DNA from: Spirochaetota bacterium
GTDB taxonomy: Bacteria; Spirochaetota; UBA4802; UB4802
Length of the DNA stretch: 64,000 bases
Assembly: GCA_037481795.1 (NCBI GenBank)
Contig: JBBFLA010000006.1
Span: forward strand, 10,910 to 74,909
Direction of reading: 5' to 3'
The notes under the pieces were generated by a model. It was not told the DNA's origin, did no database searches, and saw only the letters and a program-made list of their open reading frames with translations. Shown here piece after piece: positions 10,307 through 19,197 of this stretch; the first letter of the stretch is position 1, and each line of letters starts with the position of its first letter. A program made the translations under genes and the position numbers.

Positions 10307-11539
10307 GTGAGCAAAGTAATTGAATTTTTGAAAAATGAATGGAATAGTTACCCCAGAAATATACAGATATCTCTGTATGTGCTCTTTGCACTGGTAGCAC
10401 TGTTTGTAATTTTTGCTATTCAGATCCTTTTCTGGGGCTTAGGTTACACCGATATGAATAACCGCTTTGCAATGGGGATATGGATAATCGGTGATTTAGG
10501 ATTTGTTGCGCTGGGCGGTGGAGCGTTCTTTACAGGTTTTATGCTGTATATATTCAGGGTTGATAAGCTACAGCCGTTAATAAATTCCACTGTCCTTATA
10601 GGTTTCATGTGCTACCTGTTCACATTTATATTGCTGGTATTTGATATTGGACAACCACTAAGGGCCTGGTTTGGATATGCATATCCCAACTGGGGACCAC
10701 ATACTATGCCACAGTCAATGCTTACCGAAGTAGTCTGGTGTTTGACATTTTACTTTATTGTTCTTTGCATTGAGCTTTTCCCCATCATACTAAGCAATAA
10801 ATATTTAGATAGATATCCAGCAGTTCATTATTTTGCACATTACTTGCACAAATTAATGTGGATATTTGCAGCAGTTGGAACATTCCTTTCATTCTTCCAT
10901 CAGGGCTCTCTTGGTGGCGGAATGTGGGGTGTACTATATGCCAAGCCATACTGGTTCAGGCATCATTATTTCTATCTGGCGATAGTAGCTGCAATAGCTG
11001 GCGGTCCTTGCCTGATGATGCTTGCTCCAAAAATTGCAAGCTGGATTGCTAAAAAAGAGTTTGTTCCCAAAGATGCGTATATGACATTAGCACAGATAGC
11101 CGGAGTAACATTTATAGCATACTTTTTATTCAGAGTCTATGATCTTTACACACTGGCAAAACACTTTGCCCCACTATTTGACCGCAATCTTGTTGACATG
11201 ATGGGTGGATATTATGGCTGGTGGGTAGTTGGATTGGAATTGCTTGCTTCTCTGGCAGCAATTGTTATACTGAATGTAAAAAAATTCCGTGAAAATGAAC
11301 AGTATTTCATTGCTGGTTTAATTAGTGGCGTGCTTGCCATAGTAATGCTAAAAGTGGATGTGCTCCTCCATGGATTTTCCATACCTAACTTCCCATGGCA
11401 GAATTTCTTTGGATATAATCCAACTATTCAGGAATGGTTTATATTCTTGGGTTCTCTTGCATCCATGACCCTTATTTATATGTGGTTTGTAAAATACATT
11501 CCGCTATTTCCTGAAAAACACCATGAAGAAGCTCACTAA
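10307..11539 (+). CDS. NrfD/PsrC-family integral membrane quinone-interacting subunit (QrcD-like)
   Basis: About 10 predicted TM helices over 410 aa; typical NrfD partner of an Fe-S subunit. GTG start with AGGAGAG SD. Confidence 0.75.
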   Translation: MSKVIEFLKNEWNSYPRNIQISLYVLFALVALFVIFAIQILFWGLGYTDMNNRFAMGIWIIGDLGFVALGGGAFFTGFMLYIFRVDKLQPLINSTVLIGFMCYLFTFILLVFDIGQPLRAWFGYAYPNWGPHTMPQSMLTEVVWCLTFYFIVLCIELFPIILSNKYLDRYPAVHYFAHYLHKLMWIFAAVGTFLSFFHQGSLGGGMWGVLYAKPYWFRHHYFYLAIVAAIAGGPCLMMLAPKIASWIAKKEFVPKDAYMTLAQIAGVTFIAYFLFRVYDLYTLAKHFAPLFDRNLVDMMGGYYGWWVVGLELLASLAAIVILNVKKFRENEQYFIAGLISGVLAIVMLKVDVLLHGFSIPNFPWQNFFGYNPTIQEWFIFLGSLASMTLIYMWFVKYIPLFPEKHHEEAH

Positions 11540-11562
11540 GATTTTGGTATAGTAAATTAAAC

Positions 11563-11593
11563 AAAAAACCCCGCATATTGCGGGGTTTTTGTT
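11563..11593. terminator. bidirectional rho-independent terminator (AAAAAACCCCGC-atatt-GCGGGGTTTTTG)
   Basis: Perfect 6-7 bp GC stem flanked by an A-run and a T-run. Sits between the convergent qrcD-like and folD genes. Confidence 0.7.
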
Positions 11594-11620
11594 TATATAA
11601 CTCACCGTCGGAAGCGGCAG

Positions 11621-12517
11621 TTATTCATTAATAGATATGTTATTTTGTAATTTAAATGCCTTCACTGTATTTTTTAGTAGCATTGCTATTGTCATGGGCC
11701 CTACCCCTCCTGGAACGGGGGTTATAGCATAGGCTACTTCAGAAACCTCATCAAACTTCACATCACCCACTAATTTTGTTTTACCCGTATTTTCAGGATC
11801 CTCTATTCTGTTTATACCAACATCAATAATAACCGCACCTTTTTTAACCATATCTTTTGTAATCATATTAGCTTTACCAACAGCAACTACCAGAATATCT
11901 GCCTGTTTGGTGTAATACCCTATATCCTTTGTTGCAGTATGGCATACAGTTACAATGCAATTTGCTCTGTTATTTTTCTGCACCATTAAATTGGCAAGTG
12001 GCTTGCCAACAATATTGCTGCGGCCAACAATTACAATATGTTTTCCTTTAATATCAGGCATCGTCCTAACAATCAGTTCCTGACATCCATACGGTGTACA
12101 GGGGATAAAGCAGTCTTCACCAATGACAAGCTTCCCGATATTTACTGGATGAAAACCATCGACATCTTTATCTGGATTAATTGCATTAATGATTTCATTT
12201 TCATTAATATGTGACGGCAATGGCAACTGCACAAGAATGCCATTAACATTATTATCACTGTTAAGCTGGTTAATGAGAGTTAGCAACTCTTTCTGGGTAG
12301 TATTTTCATCCAGTATTATCTGTATAGAATTAATTCCTACTTCTTCAGAGTTTTTCTTTTTGTTGCGTACATATACTTCAGATGCAGGATTATTACCCAC
12401 CAGAATGACAGCTAATCCTGGCTTTTTCCCATACTTTTGTTCAAGCTTTTGTACTTCTTTTTTTACATCTTCTTTAATTTCACTGGCTACAGCTTTTCCA
12501 TCAATGATTATTGCCAT
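11621..12517 (-). CDS. folD: bifunctional methylenetetrahydrofolate dehydrogenase/cyclohydrolase
   Basis: MAIIIDGKAVA... N-terminus, the VGRSNIVGKP Rossmann motif and the YxxK catalytic region. Confidence 0.9.
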   Translation of the reverse strand: MAIIIDGKAVASEIKEDVKKEVQKLEQKYGKKPGLAVILVGNNPASEVYVRNKKKNSEEVGINSIQIILDENTTQKELLTLINQLNSDNNVNGILVQLPLPSHINENEIINAINPDKDVDGFHPVNIGKLVIGEDCFIPCTPYGCQELIVRTMPDIKGKHIVIVGRSNIVGKPLANLMVQKNNRANCIVTVCHTATKDIGYYTKQADILVVAVGKANMITKDMVKKGAVIIDVGINRIEDPENTGKTKLVGDVKFDEVSEVAYAITPVPGGVGPMTIAMLLKNTVKAFKLQNNISINE

Positions 12518-12541
12518 GTTTACCTCATGTTTTATTATAAA

Positions 12542-12991
12542 TTATACATCTATTACTATAAACGACTCCCACTCGTCATCATTAATTTTTTCACATTTTA
12601 CCTTATGCATCGTTACAGCTTTTGGATCAATATTAATATCATATCCATTTGTTATATAATCACCAATACAATCAGCTTCAAAAGTGAAAACATCATTGCT
12701 ATATATAATTTGTATAGCTTCAGGATATACTAACAGCCCTCTGGTATCTTTAATAAATATTAACTCATTTAAAAATTTGACAAGCAAAAGATCTAGATAG
12801 TTATGCTGAAGGAAAACATGACATTTTTCAACTTTTTTCAATTTTGAAGGTTCTTCAAGGCACACATGCAATAAAGCTTCAGCATTTAATTTAAAGATCT
12901 TTTCAACCGTTTTAGCTTTGCAGTGGATTGCTATATCCGCTAATGTTATATCCTCAACAAATTCAAAATATTCGTTACTATCTTCACTCAT
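12542..12991 (-). CDS. archease (RtcB activator)
   Basis: Size 149 aa and position translationally coupled to rtcB (4-bp overlap). Conserved N-terminal acidic region FEFVEDITLADIA. Confidence 0.65.
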   Translation of the reverse strand: MSEDSNEYFEFVEDITLADIAIHCKAKTVEKIFKLNAEALLHVCLEEPSKLKKVEKCHVFLQHNYLDLLLVKFLNELIFIKDTRGLLVYPEAIQIIYSNDVFTFEADCIGDYITNGYDINIDPKAVTMHKVKCEKINDDEWESFIVIDV

Positions 12992-14442
12992 CCTTTTATT
13001 GAACCTATTGGAATCATACGTGCAACAGGAATACTCAACCCTGCCCTGGTAATTGCATCAATAACTTCATCAATATCTTTATATGCAGCACCTGCTTCCT
13101 CAGCTAAACCACTGAAAGACCGTGTTTTCACTATAATTCCTTCTCTTTCCATCTGGTTAGCTAAATCTCTGCCTTTGAAACGCTTCTTGGCTTGCTGTCG
13201 TGACATTACCCTTCCACTTCCATGAACAGTACTATAGAAAGATTCTTTTGCCATGGGTCCACCAACCAGAATATATGAAGCAGATTGCATACTTCCACCA
13301 ATTAATACAGGTTGCCCTATCTCCCTGTACAATTCAGGTATACCCTTCATGTCTTTGGTGAATGCTCGTGTAGCACCTTTCCTGTGTACCAGTAATTTTT
13401 TATTCTTACCATTAATATCATACTGTTCAATTTTTGCTGTATTATGGCATACGTCATATATTAATTTTATTCCCAACTCTTCAGGCGATTTCTTAAAAAC
13501 CTGGCACAACACATCACGAACAATATGAAATATTAATTGCCTATTTAGAAATGCAATATTTATTGCACAATTCATTGCATGAAAGTACGACTGTCCTTCC
13601 TTTGAATGGAATGGTGCACATGCAAGTTCTCTGTCGGGAATATCTATGTGATACTTTTGCTTCATTACGGAAATAAAAAGTTCCAGATAATCAGTTGCTA
13701 TCTGATGACCAAAACCACGACTACCGCAATGTATCATACATGCAATTTGATTATTGCCCGTAATACCAAACCTGTTTGCAATATCCCTGCTCTGAATATC
13801 ATTTTCACGTATAATTTGAAACTCTAAATAATGATTACCTGACCCCAATGAACCAATCTGTTCTTTGCCACGTTCCCGTGCTTTTCCTGAAACAGCTTCA
13901 GGTTTTGCATTTGCAATACACCCATTTTCCTCACAAAAAGTTAAATCCTCGTTTATCCCATACCCGTGTTCAATAGCCCACTGGCAACCCTTAACCATTG
14001 CTTCATCAAATTGTTTGTCATTTAATGACACTATGCCTTTTCCTCCAACTCCACTTGGTATTCGTGAAAAAAGCATGTCCATTATCTGATTAAGTTTTGG
14101 AGAAAATTCCTGAAAGGTTAAACTGGTAATAAAAAACCGCACACCGCAATTAATATCAAACCCTATTCCTCCCGGAGAGATGACACCATCTTCAATATCT
14201 ATTGCCGCTACACCTCCTATTGGAAATCCATAACCGGAATGCCCATCAGGCATACACAGTGCGTAATTCTGGATCCCGGGAAGCATGGCAACATTTGTAA
14301 GCTGTTCAAATACAGCATTGTCCATGCTACCAAGCAATTCTTCAGAAGCATAGATACGTGCCGGTACACGCATCCCCTTTTTATAATCTCTGGGTATTTC
14401 ATATAAGCAATTTCCAATTTTTTTTGCTATGCCATTTACCAT
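12988..14442 (-). CDS. rtcB: RNA-splicing ligase RtcB (archaeal-type)
   Basis: N-terminus KKGMRVPARIYASEELL matches the archaeal RtcB start. Metal-binding motifs PDGHSGYGFPIGGV, NCGVR and HRKGATRA are present. Confidence 0.9.
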   Translation of the reverse strand: MVNGIAKKIGNCLYEIPRDYKKGMRVPARIYASEELLGSMDNAVFEQLTNVAMLPGIQNYALCMPDGHSGYGFPIGGVAAIDIEDGVISPGGIGFDINCGVRFFITSLTFQEFSPKLNQIMDMLFSRIPSGVGGKGIVSLNDKQFDEAMVKGCQWAIEHGYGINEDLTFCEENGCIANAKPEAVSGKARERGKEQIGSLGSGNHYLEFQIIRENDIQSRDIANRFGITGNNQIACMIHCGSRGFGHQIATDYLELFISVMKQKYHIDIPDRELACAPFHSKEGQSYFHAMNCAINIAFLNRQLIFHIVRDVLCQVFKKSPEELGIKLIYDVCHNTAKIEQYDINGKNKKLLVHRKGATRAFTKDMKGIPELYREIGQPVLIGGSMQSASYILVGGPMAKESFYSTVHGSGRVMSRQQAKKRFKGRDLANQMEREGIIVKTRSFSGLAEEAGAAYKDIDEVIDAITRAGLSIPVARMIPIGSIKG

Positions 14443-14469
14443 AGTTCCTATTTTTATTGTACCATAGTA

Positions 14470-14892
14470 TTACTCTTTAGCTATTAGTTCTTTCTGGTTT
14501 TGTTTTTGCTTTTGAACAGGTATTGGACTTTTAATCATTTCACATTTGCCTTCAAATACAACACCATCAGCTATTATAAGCTTCGATGTTTGTATATTCC
14601 CAAATAGCTTGCCATCGCTTTGTATTTCAATTCTATCCTTGGCTTCAATATTCCCGTATACTGTTCCCTTTATAATAACTGTATTAGCTTTGATATTAGC
14701 TTTAACAGTAGCTTTCTCACCTATAACCAAAAAATCTCCTGAAGCAATTTCACCTTCAAAGTATCCATTAATCTGCAATGATTTCTCAAATGTTAGATCA
14801 CCGTAGAATTCTGTATCTTTTCCAAATACAGTTGCTATCATTCCAATTTCATATACCGGATTTTTATTAACCTGAATAACTTTTTTAGCCAT
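14470..14892 (-). CDS. bactofilin (CcmA/DUF583)
   Basis: Repetitive beta-helix pattern (VIIKGTVYGNIEAKDRIEIQSDGKLFGNIQT...). Confidence 0.7.
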   Translation of the reverse strand: MAKKVIQVNKNPVYEIGMIATVFGKDTEFYGDLTFEKSLQINGYFEGEIASGDFLVIGEKATVKANIKANTVIIKGTVYGNIEAKDRIEIQSDGKLFGNIQTSKLIIADGVVFEGKCEMIKSPIPVQKQKQNQKELIAKE

Positions 14893-15005
14893 TGTACATA
14901 CCTTCTTCTGTTAAAATAAACATTTATATTGAAAAATTCAAATTATTACAAAAGCAAGTTTGATTTTTGAATTTAATTATACAAGCTAAATTTATAAAAT
15001 ATATT

Positions 15006-15227
15006 TTATTTTGTTGTCATTGTGAAAACACCATCCCAATCATCCGGTGGCGGAGTGAGTTTATATTGCTTGCACCTTTCTAAATATAATTTTGACGGCC
15101 CGTCATTGGGGTCAACTTTTAAAGCTTTTTCAAAAAAATCTATAGCCTCATCCCATTTACGCTTTTTATAGGCATCTAATCCAGCGTTGTATAACCTTAA
15201 AACATCTTCTTTTTCTTTTGTTATCAT
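15006..15227 (-). CDS. small TPR-like protein
   Basis: A single TPR-like helix pair (WDEAIDFFEKALKVDPND). 73 aa. Confidence 0.35.
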   Translation of the reverse strand: MITKEKEDVLRLYNAGLDAYKKRKWDEAIDFFEKALKVDPNDGPSKLYLERCKQYKLTPPPDDWDGVFTMTTK

Positions 15228-15285
15228 AATTTAGCCTCGCTGATAATATTTTCAATATGCCTCCAATTGACAAATAATAAAACAA

Positions 15286-16287
15286 TTAATATCTTCTGTC
15301 AATAAAGAATAATGCCAGCTCAGTCATAACATTCTTAAATTGAGTATCCGGAAATACTGATAGAAGTTTTACTGCTCTTTTAACATATTCAGCTGCAATA
15401 TTTATACAATATTCAACTACATTATAGTTTGTGGCTTTTTCAAGAACATAATTCCAGTTTTCATTATTTGGATGTTTTGCATAATTAATTATTAATTCTT
15501 TCTCTTTATCCCCTACTATTTGTAATAGCCGTAACAATGGCAAAGTAATTTTGCCATTAATAAAGTCGTTGCCTGCATCCTTACCAGTAATTTCCGCATT
15601 ATTCAAATAATCCATCGCGTCATCAGTAATCTGAAATGCATAACCCAGTTGCAAACCACAATTATACAATATATCTGACTGCTCATTATCCATTTTTGCA
15701 ACACATGCACCAAGCTTTGCACAGGCAGCCATAAAACGGGCTGTCTTCATTTCAATAATACGGTAATAATGATCTTCGGTGATTTTATCAATATTAGAAT
15801 ATTGTATTTGATACAATTCACCTTTCACCATTTCAATGGTTGCATCCACCATAATAGGAAAAAGGTCAGTACGGTTATTTCCTACAGCAATTTCTAAGGC
15901 TTTAGTGTACATATAATCACCAGCCAGCACCGCAACTTTTGGCCCATATAGCCTGGCAACGGTTGGCAAACCCCGACGCAAATCTGCGTTATCAATAATA
16001 TCATCGTGTACCAAAGAAGCAGCATGAATTATTTCAGCAGCACAGGCAATATCAATAATGTCATCCGGGATAGAATTATTCAATCCACTTGATAAAATAA
16101 TCATTGAGGCACGTATTTTTTTTCCGCTTTTTTTAAACGTATGCATACTACTGTCGTCTAAAAGATTAATGCCTGTGTGCAACTTGTTTTTTATAGCTTC
16201 ATCAACAGCTTTAAGGTACTGTTCTATAGGCCTAAGAATTGACTGCAAATCTTTTTTAGGGGTCATTTTTGTGTGTTCCTTAATCAA
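15286..16287 (-). CDS. polyprenyl diphosphate synthase (IspB/HepT-like trans-prenyltransferase)
   Basis: First DDxxD motif LVHDDIIDNADLRRG and second ITDDAMDY. Confidence 0.85.
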   Translation of the reverse strand: MIKEHTKMTPKKDLQSILRPIEQYLKAVDEAIKNKLHTGINLLDDSSMHTFKKSGKKIRASMIILSSGLNNSIPDDIIDIACAAEIIHAASLVHDDIIDNADLRRGLPTVARLYGPKVAVLAGDYMYTKALEIAVGNNRTDLFPIMVDATIEMVKGELYQIQYSNIDKITEDHYYRIIEMKTARFMAACAKLGACVAKMDNEQSDILYNCGLQLGYAFQITDDAMDYLNNAEITGKDAGNDFINGKITLPLLRLLQIVGDKEKELIINYAKHPNNENWNYVLEKATNYNVVEYCINIAAEYVKRAVKLLSVFPDTQFKNVMTELALFFIDRRY

Positions 16288-16610
16288 TCAAATGCGCTAA
16301 GACATTCACGTTGTGATTCAAAAATTTCAAATACCTTATCAAGCATTGTAGTCTGGAAAAGCTTAAGCAGATTTTCATTTGTAATGACTAACTTTATATC
16401 ACCTTCGTTTTTTATCTTTCTTTTGAAAGCAACAATTACGCCAAGTGCAGAACTGCATATATGCTTCACATCGGTCATATCCATACAGATATTATTATAA
16501 CCTTCATCAATTAATTTTTGTAATGCATTTTCCAGATCCTCTGATATTTCCTGATCTATTCTTCCATCTAAGGTAATAATAGCTAAATTATCATCTTTTT
16601 TAATTTTCAT
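16284..16610 (-). CDS. STAS-domain anti-sigma-factor antagonist-like protein
   Basis: SpoIIAA-like fold signature, including the phosphorylatable-Ser region DMTDVKHICSSALGVIV. Confidence 0.65.
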   Translation of the reverse strand: MKIKKDDNLAIITLDGRIDQEISEDLENALQKLIDEGYNNICMDMTDVKHICSSALGVIVAFKRKIKNEGDIKLVITNENLLKLFQTTMLDKVFEIFESQRECLSAFD

Positions 16611-16781
16611 ATTCTACCTCTTGTATTCATATATTACTTTGTTATTATACATAATTATAATTCATATTAAATATAATTACAATAATTATTTTAACAGCAA
16701 CTGTTATACAATAAAATATTTTAAAGCTAACAACAATGTACCATTAAACTGTACTTACTGATTATATAAATTAGAAAAAGT

Positions 16782-17531
16782 CTATAGAATCATTTCTTTC
16801 AACATTGCATACGCAACGATACAAGCATATACATGTTTTACTCCATTTATTTTTAGCAGGCGTGCACATTCATTAATAGTTGCCCCTGTGGTATAAACAT
16901 CATCAATAATAAGAACCGATTTATCAACAATATCACTGCTATGCTTAATAATTTCATATTTCTGGTATGTATTGATAAACCGTTCATTGCCACTCAACTT
17001 TTTTTGAGCAGCTTTCTCATTTTTTATATACAATAAATTCAACACATCTTTATTGCACATTTTACTTATATAGCGTGCCATAACTTCCGACTGATTAAAC
17101 CCTCTTTTCCATAAACGATCTTTAGTTACAGGTATGTATGTTATGTAATCAAAATGCCATTTCATTATATTAATAGCATCAGTACAATACTGTGCAAATA
17201 ACATGGCAATAGATTTATTATGTTTAAATTTCATATCGTAAATCAGTTTTGTGACAGGATCCTCATATTTAAACAGCCATACACCATCATCTAAAAACCA
17301 TTTTCGTTTGCCATGGATTTTTTCCTCAATTTGAAAAACGTAATCACCTGTGTAGTTCCTCATATCCATGTCTATTAACTGCTTGCATTGACTGCAGACT
17401 CCTGTATCATTATTGGAAATGATTTTTCCACAAATACTACAAAAGGGCGGAAATACAATATCAGTCAGTAGAAAATGTATTGTTTTCTCTATGCTCAAAT
17501 TTCTCATACTATCGGTCCAAAGCAGGGTCAA
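16782..17531 (-). CDS. comF: ComF-family protein (double zinc ribbon + phosphoribosyltransferase domain)
   Basis: N-terminal CSICGK...CSQCKQ zinc ribbon and a C-terminal PRTase motif VLIIDDVYTTGATINE. Confidence 0.75.
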   Translation of the reverse strand: MTLLWTDSMRNLSIEKTIHFLLTDIVFPPFCSICGKIISNNDTGVCSQCKQLIDMDMRNYTGDYVFQIEEKIHGKRKWFLDDGVWLFKYEDPVTKLIYDMKFKHNKSIAMLFAQYCTDAINIMKWHFDYITYIPVTKDRLWKRGFNQSEVMARYISKMCNKDVLNLLYIKNEKAAQKKLSGNERFINTYQKYEIIKHSSDIVDKSVLIIDDVYTTGATINECARLLKINGVKHVYACIVAYAMLKEMIL

Positions 17532-18186
17532 TTATACCTGCTTCCTCAAATCCTTTCCTGCGTATTTTACAGCTATCACATACTCCGCATGGCTTGCCAT
17601 CAGGTGATGGATTATAACAACTTGATGTTAATGAATAATCTACACCTAAGGACATACCTAATTGTATTATTTGACTTTTGGTAAGATTTATAAGAGGTGT
17701 TTCAATAACTATGGGTTTGCCCTCTATACCTGTTTTTGTGCCTAAATGAATCATATTCTGAAAAGCTTCAATAAACTCAGGCCTGCAATCGGGATATCCA
17801 CTATAATCAATTGCATTGACGCCAATGAAAATGTGTGATACATTAACAGTTTCTGCATAAGCCAGTGCCATTGATAAAAAAACAATATTTCGTGCAGGGA
17901 CATACGTTGCTGGTATATCACCCGAATGATTCAAAGGTATGTCCTTTTGAGATGATCGTACCAACGCTGAAGATTTAAATAATGCATCCGGTAGATGAAT
18001 TATTTCATGGGAATGAACCTTAAAATAACTGGCTAACTTTGAAGCAAACATTACCTCGATTTCATGCCTTTGTCCGTATACAAATGTTAATGCAAAAAGA
18101 GTATATCCTTTGCTTTTTGCAAAAGCAGCCACTGTGGCGGAATCAAGACCGCCACTTAGCAACACTACGCATCTATTGGCATCCAT
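17509..18186 (-). CDS. queC: 7-cyano-7-deazaguanine synthase
   Basis: SGGLDS PP-loop and the C-terminal Zn-binding CxxC...C motif. Overlaps comF by 23 bp. Confidence 0.9.
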   Translation of the reverse strand: MDANRCVVLLSGGLDSATVAAFAKSKGYTLFALTFVYGQRHEIEVMFASKLASYFKVHSHEIIHLPDALFKSSALVRSSQKDIPLNHSGDIPATYVPARNIVFLSMALAYAETVNVSHIFIGVNAIDYSGYPDCRPEFIEAFQNMIHLGTKTGIEGKPIVIETPLINLTKSQIIQLGMSLGVDYSLTSSCYNPSPDGKPCGVCDSCKIRRKGFEEAGIIDPALDR

Positions 18187-18200
18187 TTTCTATCTTGTTA

Positions 18201-18443
18201 TCAGGCTTCTTTTTTTGCTTTCCGCATTGGAAAGTATTCATAAGGTTTCATGCCATATACTTTTTCAAAGTCCTTTTCAAAGGGACACATGTTACAGCTT
18301 GCCCTATATACACTTTCCAATGTCATTATTGCTTCATCATACAGAACACTGTTTTTATCAATTTCTGCATTCCTTATTTTAAGGAATGCGCATGATTTGC
18401 ATTTTTCAGCATTTTCTTTTATCTTGTCGGTAATTAATCCCAT
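18201..18443 (-). CDS. Cys-rich small protein (paralog of 52953..53216)
   Basis: CKSC...C..C pattern and a ...KVYGMKPYEYFP C-terminus like the protein at 52953..53216. Strong GGGAGG SD upstream; 14 bp upstream of queC. Confidence 0.4.
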   Translation of the reverse strand: MGLITDKIKENAEKCKSCAFLKIRNAEIDKNSVLYDEAIMTLESVYRASCNMCPFEKDFEKVYGMKPYEYFPMRKAKKEA

Positions 18444-18624
18444 TTAAATACCTCCCACAAAATTGTAAGTATATAAAATATAATTTATACAATATTACAA
18501 AAATAGCAATAAAAAATCCAGCATAATTTTAATAAATAGAAAATAATCAACAGTAACTATCGCCCAGATAACATGTTTATACTATTAAAACAGTACATTA
18601 AATATCAGGATATTTGCTTGTGGT

Positions 18625-19080
18625 TTACAGCTGTTTGTATAATAACAGATTGAATAATCGTGCAATAAAGTATGCCCCACAAAATAAAAAGAAAGGCATA
18701 GTAAAAAAGAAAATTAAAATTTCTTCAAATTTGACGACAGTTCCATGCAATACTTTTTTACCAAAATAATTGTAATGAAAATGTTGTGGGTTCTTGCTCC
18801 TTCTGTATATTGCTCTGGCTATACTGATTTTTATAAATAGCATAATAAGCATTATAAATCCTGTCATTAACCATAAAAGCAGCTTAAAATCAACCTTTGT
18901 TACATAAACAGGATGAATAACTGCTAAAGCAGTGATAGATCCAGCCAGAAGCACATTACTGATAGTTGTATTGATGAATCCTTTAAGATATTTATTTTCT
19001 CTTCGCAATACATACAGAACAAGTGAATAAATGTGTAACGAAAAGGAAATTTGCAGAAGTATGAAAAGGGCAATTAACAT
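18625..19080 (-). CDS. hypothetical membrane protein (4 TM)
   Basis: Hydrophobic helices only; no recognisable motif. Confidence 0.35.
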   Translation of the reverse strand: MLIALFILLQISFSLHIYSLVLYVLRRENKYLKGFINTTISNVLLAGSITALAVIHPVYVTKVDFKLLLWLMTGFIMLIMLFIKISIARAIYRRSKNPQHFHYNYFGKKVLHGTVVKFEEILIFFFTMPFFLFCGAYFIARLFNLLLYKQL

Positions 19081-19197
19081 CAGTATTCCTGTATACTATT
19101 ATTCGAATAGCAAAACACTTTTTATGATACAGGACAATACTTTAATTTGCAAGCATTCTTTATTATTTATTATTTTATTTTTTATAATATGAAATTG

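Noticed and set aside
12189-12733. 156-aa and 98-aa plus-strand ORFs antisense to folD
   Set aside because: They lie entirely inside the well-supported folD CDS and are AT-rich low complexity.
18444-18624. preQ1 riboswitch upstream of the queC operon
   Set aside because: No preQ1-I hairpin plus A-rich tail was recognisable; the region instead holds a copy of the dispersed ACTATCGCC motif.
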